A DNA stretch of 64,000 bases from Eledone cirrhosa (GCA_964016885.1 OZ024756.1:35154001-35218000); one strand, 5' to 3'. Numbered from the stretch's first letter, positions 1-14,059 are shown. The notes: generated by a model not told the origin, from the sequence alone. Program-made: numbers and translations.

Positions 1-984
1 ACCACATATACATACCTCACACCATAAACACATACACCTCACACACACATACACACATAGTACCTCATCTACACACACAGATGTGGACTGTTGCTTGTAA
101 AACATGGTACAGACTCTTGTTTTCACTCTCAGTTGTCTCAATGTTCTTACATATCAAAGATGAATATACAATTATGTTTGCTTAACCCTGTCATTCAACA
201 TTTTTACTAAAATATACATGCATTTTAATTAAACTGAATGAAGAATTTTGATAGATTTACTAAAATTAATAATTATTTCATTACTACGATAGTAACTAGT
301 GCAGGCACATGACCTAGTGGTTAGTATGTTGGATTCTCGCTCATAAGATCACAAGATCAGTTCCTGGACCAGACAGTGTAATGTGTTTGTGAGAAGATGC
401 TTCTTTTCACGTTGATTTCTTAACGTTGATTTCTTAACTAAGAAAAGAAAAAAAATCAAATTCATCATCATCATCAATACCATCATTTTACGTCCGTTTT
501 GCCATATTTCAGACATTTATTAATATTCTAAACATTCGAAATAAAATGTCTTATGAGTTATCAATATCTGTTTTTTAACATGTAAAATTGTTTCTTCTCC
601 AATAAATTATGAATGGGTGCAGGAATGGCTGTGTGGTTAAGGAGTTTGTTACACAATCACAAGGTTTTGAATTCAATCCCACTGCATGGCACCTTGGCCA
701 AGTTTCTTTTATTATAGCCTGTCAGCTAATTCTAGTGAGCAAAGATAGGACGGGTTTTCACAGACTGCATCAGTACTCAAGTGGAGCTACTGACCTCTTA
801 GATGGGCTGGGTGCCTACATCTTGCTTACATACATTTTGTGGCACCAGTATTAGGGAGGACTGAGCCCTGGTGGACCTTTACTTATTGCCAACTCTCACC
901 TTGCTGGTTGCACCTCTTTTCCTGACTCTCACAAGCCATTTGTTTACACCTAGCTTTCTGAGCACCCACCAGATTACAGAGTGG

Positions 985-1173
985 AAAGACACTGTCAAAG
1001 GCTTTCTCCAGATCTACAAGTGCCACTTAACTTGGCTTACTCTTAATAAAGTACTTCTCTTGCAGTTGCCTCACCAGAAAAAGGGTATTGATAGTACCTC
1101 TAGCTGGCTTAAAGTTAAATTACATTTCATTCAACTTAATTCTGTCCTTAATTAGCTGTGCTATAACCTCTTG
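985..1173 (-). mobile_element. Degenerate RTE reverse-transcriptase fragment
   Basis: Minus frame EM*FNFKPARGTINTLFLVRQLQEKY..*VALVDLEKAFDS (QFGF/DLEKAFD motifs, with stops). Confidence 0.8.
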
Positions 1174-1879
1174 AGCACTACCGACAACATGCAGCCTAGT
1201 ACAACCTGTTACATGGGTCGTCGTCGACTAAACCAGCAACCTTACTAAGCTCGTTTGGTGAAGAGGGTGATTTTTGTGGGATGAAAAACAAAACCTGTAA
1301 AAGAGCAGAGAAGCTCATGAGAGCCAATGGCCATCCAATAGTGTGTATATATATGATTAAGTACGTTGTGATAGAGTGGCCTATATGCTTTTTTGATCTG
1401 GAAGGCCATAATGTTCTTGTAGCAGTTTACAATGATACTACTGTGCCAATCATTGTCTATGACAGGCATGTCAAACAGAGGGTTTCTCGAGGGCCACATG
1501 GGTCACAAGTGTCGTCACGAAAAAATATTTTTCTTCGGCAGCGAGGCTACCTATATGTTTGTTGTATATAAACGTATATGTTTTTACATCCTCGCCTCTC
1601 TCTCTCTATATATATATTATCTATCTACCTATCTATATACACGTAGAAACACGTTAAATTTCCGTTAAATCAATACGAAAACAAATTAAAAGGAAAGAAT
1701 TCTTATATTTTTTTCTGCTGCAAGGACGATGAGTTACGTACCTTGAAGCTAAGTCATATTTAAAGATACAACCTTCAACGTTTGCATATTTTAAAAAAAT
1801 CGAAAAAAATGAAATAGCAAAAGTAAGGAAAAAGGAAGAGTGACAACAGACTCTACACTCCGATCAGTATATTTCGGCT

Positions 1880-2165
1880 GCGCTCTACGGACAAAATAGC
1901 GGAGACCTGCCAGTGACACTCGCTGCATAAACCACTCTGATGTACAGGAGGTCTTGATGTTGACCGGCACGAAAAGGAAGAGGTCGATAAAGTCCCGGTA
2001 TTTAGCTATCTTCCTCTGCTCTGCGTTACGAACGACGGTGCTCTTAATTGTGACCGAAACGACAAGTTTGGTGGCGGTAAACATGTTATAGAATGTGGTG
2101 TGTCCCAGATCAGAGAGTTACCTCCCTTGAACTAGAAGCACTTTATGTCATCTGTTTTTCAGATT
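1880..2165 (-). mobile_element. Degenerate CRE-like (restriction-like endonuclease) non-LTR retrotransposon C-terminus
   Basis: Minus strand KTDDIKCF*FKGGNSLIWD, then after a frameshift AEQRKIAKYRDF..FLFVPVNIKTS..EWFMQRVSLA. This resembles the RPDG..LVWD..AE.RK..KY..FVP..ET..QRIS.A motifs. Confidence 0.65.
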
Positions 2166-2660
2166 TATTTCCACACGACTGAACACCACTGTGTCATTCC
2201 AATATTTCATGATCCTGCCTGACAAAATGGTGAATTAGTTAAATCAAAGAATGGCGAATTGTTTGAACTGAAAGAACCAGTACACCTCGTGGAGTAAGTT
2301 TCTTGTGGATGACCAACTCCATCCCAATCAAGGTGTGTAAGAAAAGGATTCTCAGACCCCAGCCACATGATAGTTGAGTGCTTCTCCAGAATAGTTAGCA
2401 CCCACATGATAAATTAATATAAATATGACAATAATATCAACCAAACTAATTTATACCAAATTAGTGTTAGAGTTAGAGCTACAGTTTAAGGCTAAAGTTT
2501 AGAGTTTAGGGGTTAGTGTTAATTCTATAAGTTTCCTGTAACTAATTTACAACAGATTGACAGCCATGCAAATAGAAAACGTGGATCAACCATAATCATA
2601 GTCCTCACCTTAATTTGGAATAAATTAGTTTAGTAATAAAATGCTGTAGTTTGCTTGAAG

Positions 2661-2860
2661 CATTGTATATAATATATAATGTGGAAAGTGATATATATAG
2701 CATTGTATATAATATATAATGTGGAAAGTGATATATATAGCATTGTATATAATATATAATGTGGAAAGTGATATATATAGCATTGTATATAATATATAAT
2801 GTGGAAAGTGATATATATAGCATTGTATATAATATATAATGTGGAAAGTGATATATATAG
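2661..2860. repeat. 40-bp minisatellite x5
   Basis: cattgtatataatatataatgtggaaagtgatatatatag repeated exactly. Confidence 0.95.
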
Positions 2861-2924
2861 TCAACATGAATGGACCTGTTATTTTTATCTAAAGACATTT
2901 TTTCCAATTCCATCCCACTGTCCC

Positions 2925-3605
2925 AGCTACTACACACATATATACATACACCTACTATACACATATATACATACAACTACTACTATAGACATACAGCTAC
3001 CACACATATATACACATACACCTACTATATACATATACAGCTACTATACACATATATACACATACAGCTACAACAACAACAACATTAGCACATCTCACAG
3101 ATGTGCTAATGTTGTTGTTGGCGCTGGTGGTGGTTTCTGTGTTGGCATGTATATATGTGTATAGCAGGTGTATGTGTATATATGTGTATAGTAGCTGTAT
3201 GTATATATGTGTATAGTAGCTGTATGTTATTAGTAGGTGTATATGTATATATGTGTATGGCAGGTGTATGTGTATATATGTGTATAGCAGGTGTATGTGT
3301 ATAGTAGCTGTATATGTATATATGTGTATAGTAGCTGTATGTATATATGTGTATAGTAGGTGTATGTATATATGTGTATAGCAGGTGTATGTGTATATAT
3401 GTGTATAGTAGCTGTATATGTATATATCTGTATATGTATATATGTGTATAGCATACACACACACCCTCACTCTTACACATACATACCCTCACATCCCATG
3501 TCCTCTCTCTCTCACACACACATATATACACACACATACACACACATATATATACATATACACACATATATACATACACACATATATATATATATATATA
3601 CATAC
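2925..3605. repeat. Low-complexity CA/TA repeat with an inverted arrangement around ~3095
   Basis: An ACAT-rich arm is followed by an ATGT-rich arm around aacaacaacattagcacatct..agatgtgctaatgttgttgtt. Confidence 0.8.
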
Positions 3606-3794
3606 AGCTGCGTTCGATCATGAATACCACGAGCTTGCCTGTTACGTAAGTCTGATATTTGATTTCGGATTCATAGAAATAACGTTTGATTTGTCCAGGT
3701 GTATTTTTTCAACCTGTTACTTTTTTCGTTACTTTGATATTGTGAGTTAGGTTTTGCCTACCACAATGTTCAATTTGTCAAGCTATTTAAACGT

Positions 3795-3980
3795 GTGTCA
3801 TTGGCAGTATCGGTAGAGAGTCGGACGCCATGCTTTCCAGCATAGTTACGTCCCTTTGCGGTCTGAGTTCAAATCCCGCCGAGGTTATCTTTGCCTTTCA
3901 TCCTTACGGGGTCGATAAAATAAAGTACCAGTAATGTACTGGTAATTGATGGCCTTGTGCCAAAAGTAGAAACAGTTATT
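3795..3980 (+). mobile_element. SINE family 2 copy
   Basis: Same head, core and tail as the 26062 copy. Confidence 0.85.
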
Positions 3981-4269
3981 ACTCTAAGGACCTACCCTTA
4001 TCGAGTGCTTTGCTAACTCATTCATATTGTAGGTCGAATTTGCGTGCTCACAGCCAAAGATTCGATTTTACTAAGCCTCCACTTATATATATACATAGAT
4101 AGATAGATATATACACAGTCACACATACACACATTGTATGTGTAAGAGAGTGCATGTGTATGTGTGTGTATGCATATGAGAGTGTGTGTATATGTGAGAG
4201 AGTGTGTGCATGTGTGAGTGCGTGTATGTAAGTGTGTTGTGTATGTGTTAGTGAAAGTGAGAAAGTATG

Positions 4270-4888
4270 TGTGTATGTATGGTCACCAGTTGGTGCTACT
4301 GGTAACATGTAGCCCAGTACAACCTGTCTCATGGTCGGGTCGTTGGCGACTAAACTGGCAACCCCACCAAGGTTTCTTGGTGAGGAGGGTGACTTTGGAC
4401 ATCCTGCAGGACTAAAAACAAAACCTGTTAAAGGGCAAAGGAGCTCGCAAGAGTCAATGGCCATCCAAAATCACCGGGAGAGATGACCCCTTAGCCTTTG
4501 TCAAGGCAGAATTCTAGGAGAAGGAAAACTCTGATATAACACCTGCAACCCTGATGGTATCCAATGATGTTGACTTGTTCTTCTTTTTGGTAAATATCAT
4601 CTTGGTTAAGAGAGTGGGACTGGCTTTGTGCAGTGCCTTTGCTCATATATAAAAGCTTCACGGCACAGGCATTGCTTTATATCTGGAGATCTCTCTGCAC
4701 TTGTCGTCACATGGTACCATGGGCCCAGCACTATGTGTCAATAATTGTCACAGGTGTAGTGTTTGTACCGGAGTTTTCAAGTCGCTGGCTGGACTAAAAA
4801 GTCACACTTGTTCAGCGCATCGGTAGGGGTTCTCCTACATGGATATAAAGTAGTGGCCATACTCGAAAACGAGTTGGCAGCCACCATG
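4270..4888. mobile_element. Dispersed repeat, probably LINE 5'-region derived; partial copies at 1180-1340, 36526-36750 and 40960-41000
   Basis: Near-identical ~230-bp block at 4657-4888 and 36526-36750; 4290-4470 resembles 1180-1340. Confidence 0.7.
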
Positions 4889-5020
4889 TATGTATGTATG
4901 TATGTATGTATGTATGTATGTATGTATGTATGTATGTATGTATGTGTGTGTGTATGTATGTATGTATGTATGTATGTATGTATGTATGTATGTATGTATG
5001 TATGTATGTATGTATATGTT
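4887..5020. repeat. (ATGT)n microsatellite
   Basis: Seen directly. Confidence 0.95.
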
Positions 5021-5242
5021 TGTACAGGTTATTGAGCGCCATCTGTTAAGTATTATTGTTTGTATTGTTTCCTAAATGTAATATACTCTATTAGATTGTT
5101 ATTCTATGTCAGCATTATGTTGTAATTAATGCTAATTAACACTTGTGTTTAATTAATTAGATATAGCCATTCATTAAATAATACTTTATCTGTTGGTCTT
5201 CATTAACTGTTTGGAGTTATCATGTTAGGTGGGCTTCAATAA

Positions 5243-5422
5243 TATTTGTTTCTACTTTTGGCACAAGGCCAGCAATTATCTCAGTGTATTACTGGTACTT
5301 TATTTTATCGACCCCGTAAGGATGAAAGGCAAAGTTAACCTCGGCGGGATTTGAACTCAGACCATAAAGGGACGCAACTCTTTGCGTCAGACCCTCTACC
5401 GATACTGCCAATCCATCGCCCT
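5243..5422 (-). mobile_element. SINE family 2 copy
   Basis: Reverse complement of the family consensus. Confidence 0.85.
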
Positions 5423-5954
5423 TCAATAATATTATCTTTCAGAAAGTTACATAACTCTAATGTGGTTAGTTATCAGAGTCATTAGGGCTTAGGACAAAAT
5501 ATCTCTTGTATTAATTATTTTGGCCCTCTGCACTCCCAGTTCAAATTATACCAAGATTAACTCTGCTTGATTGGTTAGAGAACTGGATTCGCAATTGTGA
5601 GGTTGTCAGTTCGATTCCTGTACCGGGCGATGCGTTATGTCTTTGAGCAAGACACTTTATTTCACGCTGCTCCTTCTACCTGGAGCTGCGACTGATAGAT
5701 AGTATTAGCAATTGGAAAGACCAACGGAAACATTGTTTCCTCGGTCCGATTTCACGAAAGTCGATCGACAAATTTTTTCATCCTTTTGTGGGGTCACTAA
5801 AACAAAGTATTACTCCAGAGATAGTGGACTGAGAAAAGTTATCACAGCATCGGACGAGATGTTTTGGAATATTTCTTTTGGCTGTTTGTGAATTCTGTAA
5901 ATTCATTGAATAAATGGATAGCAGAGGTCCTAGATTGTCTGGTTCATTATAATT

Positions 5955-6410
5955 GTGTTACTGGTGCTTTATTTTATCGACCCCGTAAAGAAGAAAGGCA
6001 AAGTTAACCTCGGCGGGATTTGAGCTTAGAACGTAAAGGGCCATAACTCTGTACCGCCAAGCATGGTATCTGATGCCCTACCGATATTGCCAAATCCACA
6101 ACCCTATACTTTTTAAATAATGATTTCTAGAATAGACACAAGGCTAGTAATTTGGGGGGGGGGAGGGGGAAAGTCGATAAAATCGAACCTCAATACATTA
6201 CTGGTACTTTATTTTATCGACCCTGTAAAGATGAACTCAGAACTTTGCAGCATAGAGTTACGGCTCTTTATGATCCCGCCGAGGTTAACTTTGCCTTTCA
6301 TCCTTACAGGGTCGATAAAATAAAGTACTAGTCATGCACTGGAGTTCGATTTAATCGACTGTTTCCCCCCAAAAAATTGCTGGCCTTGTGCCTATATAAG
6401 AAACCATTAT
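5955..6410. mobile_element. Cluster of SINE family 2 pieces, including an inverted pair (about 6120-6230 minus / 6275-6410 plus)
   Basis: The core motif appears three times, in both orientations. Confidence 0.75.
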
Positions 6411-7379
6411 TTTTATTGTTAACCCTCTTCCATTCTCCTCCCGTCAGTCCTTTCACTGTAAACACACCCTCCACTTCAATCTCCTACACACATACATCGT
6501 TCTCTCTTCACACTCACACTCACTCGTCACTCAAGCTCCGCTGTCACACACACACACAGCTACACACACGCACACAACTACATATACACGCATTGTTCTC
6601 TCCGCACATTAACACTCACACGGTCACTCAAGCTCCGCTGTCACACACACACACACACACGCACACAACTATACACACACAACTACATTGTTCTCTCCGC
6701 ACACCCACACTCACACGGTCACTCAAGCTCCGCTGTCATACACACACACATACCACAACATTTACACATACACAACTACATATACACACACAACTACACA
6801 CACAACAACAACACACACACACACAACTACATGTACACACACACACACATCACACACACACAACTATATATACACGCATTGTTCGCTCCGCACACTCATA
6901 TGATTACCTAAACTCTACTTTCACACTCACAACTCCAGATACAGGCACTGTTCTCCCCCCCCCCCCCTCTTTAGAGATACACTGTTCTGTCCACACACTC
7001 CCTCTGTCAAGCTGTCTTCCTCGCACCACCACAACCACACACGCTATTCCTCATACACTATCAGCCAAGTTCCTCCGCCTTCTTCCATTACTATTATAGA
7101 CACACACACACACACACATATATATATACATACACTGTCAGTCTAGCTTTACTAACACCGCCACCACAACTACACACCTTTCTTCCTCACACACACCCAC
7201 TTTTCTCCCCGCACACTGTCGGTAAGGCTTCCCCTCCCACCACCTCCACCACAGAGAGATAGACAAACACACACACACACTGTCAGTCATCACAACTACA
7301 TATACTTACATACACTGTCAGTAAGGCTTCCCCTCCCACCACCACTATAGACAAACACACATACACACGCACCCCTCTC

Positions 7380-7818
7380 TCTTCTCTCCTTCCACTCACA
7401 CTTACTCCACCATCGATCTCCCGTTAGTTGTTCACCGGCAGTCAACACAGATGGTTTTTCACTCACACACTTCCTATATTTATATAAACCAGGCGTGTGT
7501 GCGTGTATATACGGATAACTGCCGCAGTATTATTATATCCAATAATTATAATATAAGTTACTATTATAGCCTCAACGGTAACGTGTGAGGGGGGACATTA
7601 GAGAAACTGTTGGCTTTATTTTTACATGGATCTCGGATGAACAGTTTTCTTCTGACCGCCACCACCACCAACAACAATAACAATTTTTGTAGTCATTCTC
7701 ATTCGTTTCACCTTTTACCGTAGAAACTCTGCTGACACACATACTTACAGTACAACACACACACACACATACACCTAAATATAACACAGTAGTATACACA
7801 CAGGTACACTCGCAAACT

Positions 7819-7871
<53 letters not shown>

Positions 7872-8206
7872 TACAGTAGCACGCATATATACGTACGTAC
7901 GTATATACATAAACAGTCCATGCAGATACACATACACGCACACTAAAATACATATGCAGACAGTGATATATATACATACATAAGCAGTTGTTCATTCACA
8001 CGGCAATAATATAAACATCGTTAAAAAAACAATGCTTCATCTTTAATATCATCTTCATCGTCTCAAGACTGCTGTTATCATCTCTAACATTATTTCTATC
8101 TATATTATCATCTGACAATATTATTTGGTGCCACTAGCTCCCTCCTACCTCTGGTCCGTCTGTAGATGTGGTTCCACAGCCGGTCTTACAATCTCACATT
8201 GCCATC
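7380..8206 (+). promoter_or_regulatory. Probable Piezo promoter / 5' UTR region
   Basis: Mostly non-TE sequence with more CpG than its surroundings, directly upstream of the start codon. The TSS cannot be located from sequence. Confidence 0.35.
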
Positions 8207-8279
8207 ATGGCTACAAAAATCACCAGATTTGTTGCTTACACCTTATTCAGGTTTATCTTACCGTTAAGTCTACTATTAG
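8207..8279 (+). CDS. Piezo: Piezo-family mechanosensitive channel, coding exon 1 (MATKITRFVAYTLFRFILPLSLLL+G, phase-1 end)
   Basis: Strong-context ATG (gccatcATGG) with an in-frame upstream TAG at 8135 and a G|GTAAGT donor at 8280. The peptide resembles the Piezo N-terminus from memory (PIEZO2 MASEVVCGLIFRLLLPICLAV) and joins exon 2 in frame. Confidence 0.9.
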
Positions 8280-8480
8280 GTAAGTCAACACAACTTATTC
8301 AACATTGAAATATTGTTCCCCCTCTCTACCTACCTACCAACTTACTAACTTACCTACCTACCTACCTACCTACCTACCTACCTACCTACCTATATATATA
8401 TATGTGGGCATTAATCTATCTTATATATATATATATATATGTGTGTGTGTATTGTACTGATATATGTATTCGTGGCTGTA

Positions 8481-8526
<46 letters not shown>

Positions 8527-8811
8527 TGGGGGGGGGGGGGGGGTGTGTGAAATTTCTTATGTTTATATTTTCTCGCTCCCATTACACTATGCGCCTATTT
8601 ACATGTTCATCTGTCTATTTGTCCGACTATATCTCTCGTATATCTATATATCTTAAGTATGGTAATTTGGTACCCGGTAAGGGTAATTAGACTCATACCA
8701 AGGTGGAAATGATCCTCTTCTGACTATCGAACATCACTTGGTATCGATGCCTCCTATATATTATATATACAATATATTAACAAATGGAAACTATATTTAT
8801 AAACCCATATT

Positions 8812-8877
8812 TATTTTATTATACATATTTCAAGGGCCACCAAGGCAAATTATGGTGCGCTTTCATCAGATAAAATA
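8812..8877 (-). ncRNA. Mirror copy of the type I hammerhead motif
   Basis: Lies in the left arm of the 8765-9109 inverted repeat; the core is intact on the minus strand (TCATCAG at 8863-8869). Confidence 0.65.
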
Positions 8878-8996
8878 CAATACAGATTTGTTTTATAAAT
8901 AAATATTGACATACCCTGAAAAAAATAACAACCTTAACGGTTGGAGCTTCCTGGATAGGGTATGTCAATATTTATTTATAAAACAAATCTGTATTG

Positions 8997-9062
8997 TATT
9001 TTATCTGATGAAAGTGCACCATAATTTGCCTTGGTGGCCCTTGAAATATGTATAATAAAATA
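8997..9062 (+). ncRNA. Type I minimal hammerhead ribozyme motif (Penelope-like), sense to Piezo
   Basis: Stem I UAUUUUAU/AUAAAAUA; core CUGAUGA at 9005-9011; stem II AAG..GCACCA/UGGUG-GC..CUU; GAAA at 9043-9046; short near-palindromic stem III AUAUGUAU; AUA cleavage triplet at 9052-9054. Confidence 0.7.
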
Positions 9063-9191
9063 AATATGGTTTTATAAATATAGTTTCCATTTGTTAATAT
9101 ATTGTATATTTACTCCACTAATTTGTTGAGTGCTTTATATCGGTTATAAAAATGTTTAAGCTTGTTGAATCCCAACAAATTAAATATAACC

Positions 9192-9248
<57 letters not shown>

Positions 9249-9614
9249 ATCAAAGGTATATATTGAGTTAGGAACTCAAAATAGTCTCTTACAATAAGAT
9301 AGCTCTAAGAAAGATTTTTTCCGAGCCATATATTATAATTGAATATAAAAGAAACCCTATTGTCTATAGCTAGTATTCTTTTCACCTAAGCGAATCTGGT
9401 CCCTTGCGATTTGAAAACGTATATGTATATATTTGTGTTCGTTTTTCTTTTATATTCAATTATAATATATATGTGTATATATATAATGTGGGTGTGTGTG
9501 CCTGTCTATATTTCTCTCTCTCTATTTGTCCGTCCATGTCAATCTGCCAATTTATCTGTGCTGTGTCTATTTGTCCGACTTTCTCTTCTCTCCCTCTTGT
9601 ATATCTCTATATAT

Positions 9615-9996
9615 AGATATAATATATATATTATATATATATTATATATATATTATATATATATTATATATATATTATATATATATTATATATATATTAT
9701 ATATATATTATATATATATTATATATATATTATATATTATATATATATTATATATATATTATATATATATTATATATATATTATATATATATTATATATA
9801 TATTATATATATATTATATATATATTATATATATATTATATATATATTATATATATATTATATATATATTATATATATATTATATATATATTATATATAT
9901 AAATAATATATATATATATATATAATATATATATATAATAAATAATATATATATATATATATAATAAATAATATATATATATATATATAATAAATA

Positions 9997-10028
<32 letters not shown>

Positions 10029-10106
10029 TATATAATAAATAATATATATATATAATATATAATATATATATATAATATATATATATAATATATATATATA
10101 ATATAT

Positions 10107-10153
<47 letters not shown>

Positions 10154-10180
10154 TATATATAATATATATATATATAATAT

Positions 10181-10229
<49 letters not shown>

Positions 10230-10659
10230 TATATATAATATATATATATATAATATATATATATATAATATATATATATATAATATATATATATATAATA
10301 TATATATATATAATATATATATATATAATATATATATATATAATATATATATATATAATATATATATATATAATATATATATATATAATATATATATATA
10401 TAATATATATATATAATATATATATATATAATGTATAATATATATAATATATATATATATAATGTATAATATATATAATGTATAATATATATAATATATA
10501 TATATATAATGTATAATATATATATAATATATATATATAATGTATAATATATATATATAATGTATAATATATATATAATATATATATAATATATATATAA
10601 TATATATATAATATATATATAATATATAATATATATATATATATATAATATATATATAT

Positions 10660-10690
<31 letters not shown>

Positions 10691-10780
10691 ATATATATAT
10701 ATAATATATATATAATAATATATATATAATATATATATATAATATATATATAATAATATATATATATATATATATATAAT

Positions 10781-10822
<42 letters not shown>

Positions 10823-11035
10823 TTATATATATTATATATATTATATATATTATATATTATATATATAATATATATATAATAATATATATATATATATAAT
10901 ATATATATAATAATATATATATATATATAATATATATATAATAATATATATATATATATAATATATATATAATAATATATATATATATAATATATATATA
11001 ATAATATATATTATATATATATTATATATATATAT

Positions 11036-11067
<32 letters not shown>

Positions 11068-11200
11068 TATATATATTATATAATATATATATATTATATA
11101 TATAATATATATATATTATATATATAATATATATATATTATATATATAATATATATATATATATTATATATATATTATATATAATATATATATATATATT

Positions 11201-11296
<96 letters not shown>

Positions 11297-11344
11297 ATTA
11301 TATATATATATTATATATATATATTATATATATATAATATATAT

Positions 11345-11375
<31 letters not shown>

Positions 11376-11516
11376 TATAATATATATATTATATATATAT
11401 ATATATATTATATATATATATATATTATATATATATATATATTATATATATATTATATATATATATATATTATATATATATATTATATATATATATTATA
11501 TATATATAATATATAT

Positions 11517-11547
<31 letters not shown>

Positions 11548-11650
11548 TATAATATATATATTATATATATATATATATATTATATATATATATATATTAT
11601 ATATATATATATATTATATATATATTATATATATATTATATATATATATT

Positions 11651-11686
<36 letters not shown>

Positions 11687-12704
11687 ATATATATATATAT
11701 ATAATATAATATATATATATATAATATATATATATATAATATATATATATATATATAATATAATATATATATATATAATATATATATAATATATATATAA
11801 TATATATATAATATATATATAATATATATATTATATATAATATAATATATATATATATAATATATATATAATATATATATAATATATATATAATATATAT
11901 ATAATATATATATTATATATAATATATATATAATATATATATAATATATATATAATATATATATATAATATATATATATAATATATATATATAATATATA
12001 TATATAAAATATATATATATAATATATATATATAATATATATATAATATATATATATAATATATATATATAATATATATATATAATATATATATATAATA
12101 TATATATAATATAATATATATATATATATAATATATATATATATAATATATATATATATATAATATATATATATATATAATATATATATATATATAATAT
12201 ATATATATATATAATATATATATATATATAATATATATATATATATATAATATATATATATATATAATATATATATATATATAATATATATATATATATA
12301 ATATATATATATATATAATATATATATATATATAATATATATATATAATATAATATATAATATATATATATAATATAATATATATATATATAATATATAT
12401 ATATAATATATATATAATATATAATATATATATAATATATATATAATATATAATATATATATAATATATATATATATATAATATATATATATATATAATA
12501 TATATATAATATATATAATATATATATATATATAATATATATATAATATATAATATATATATATATATAATATATAATATATATATATATATAATATATA
12601 TATATATATAATATATATAATATATATATATATATAATATATATATATATATAATATATATATATATATAATATATATATATATATAATATATATATAAT
12701 ATAT

Positions 12705-12750
<46 letters not shown>

Positions 12751-12778
12751 ATATATATAATATATATATATATAATAT

Positions 12779-12859
<81 letters not shown>

Positions 12860-13686
12860 AATATATATATATATAATATATATAATATATATAATATATA
12901 TAATATATATAATATATATAATATATATAATATATATATATATATATAATATATATATATATAATATATATATATATAATATATATAATATATATAATAT
13001 ATATAATATAATATATATATATATAATATATATATAATATATATAATATAATATATATATATATAATATATATATAATATATATAATATAATATATATAT
13101 ATATAATATATATATAATATATATAATATAATATATATATATATAATATATATATAATATATATATATATATAATATATATATATATAATATAATATATA
13201 TATATATAATATATATAATATAATATATATATATATAATATATATATATATATAATATAATATATATATATAATATATATATATAATATATATAATATAT
13301 ATATATATAATATATATATATATATAATATAATATATATATATAATATATATATATAATATATATAATATATATATATATAATATATATATATATATAAT
13401 ATATATATATATATAATATATATATATATATAATATATATATACATATAATATATATATATATATAATATATATATATATACATATAATATATATATATA
13501 TACATATAATATATAATATACATATAATATATATATATATATACATATAATATATAATATACATATAATATATATATATATATACATATAATATATAATA
13601 TACATATAATATATATAATATATATATATATAATATATAATATACATATAATATATATAATATATATATATATATAATATATATAT
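9615..13686. repeat. ~4-kb interrupted (TA)n tract
   Basis: Almost exclusively A/T; source of the spurious YI-rich ORFs. Confidence 0.97.
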
Positions 13687-13721
13687 GCGCGTGTGTGTAC
13701 GCACATGCACACTGTTTAATA

Positions 13722-13832
13722 TAGAAATGTCTTCTACAGGACTACAACTATTTCATTCGAAGGAAATCACTAGGAAAGCCCTGATGATTTCCTTCGAATG
13801 AAACAGTTCTAGTCCAGTAGAAGCCATTTCTA
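13722..13832. repeat. 48-bp inverted repeat with a degenerate hammerhead-like core (Penelope-like remnant)
   Basis: Arms at 13722-13769 and 13785-13832 with 4 mismatches. CTGATGA at 13781 and GAAAC at 13800 are present, but stems I and II do not close. Confidence 0.55.
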
Positions 13833-14059
13833 CATTACAACTTGTATATACTCTATCTATTGAGTACCTTACTTACTGTGGTTACCCCAACTGAACCCAG
13901 GACACACTCCCCCCTCCTCTCTCTGCATTTATCTGTCTAGATAGCTGTCCATTCTTTTTTTTTTTTACATTACGACTGTCACACTGATGTACAGTTCACT
14001 TTTGGGAGGAAACATTATCATCATGCAATATATACTTGTCACCCCCTCCCTAAGTAAAC

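Larger units (their letters stand above)
8765..9109. repeat. Long inverted repeat: 153-bp arms (8765-8917 / 8957-9109), 39-nt spacer; Penelope-like element remnant
   Basis: Arms are reverse complements with two differences by my reading. The element sits next to (TA)n and contains hammerhead cores. Confidence 0.9.

Noticed and set aside
4850-4890. HDV-like ribozyme at the end of the 4270-4888 repeat
   Set aside because: Only a simple hairpin is evident; I could not build the nested double pseudoknot.
11913-13712. 599-aa and other YI/HT/CV-rich ORFs across the window
   Set aside because: They are translations of TA/CA microsatellites with no coding signal.
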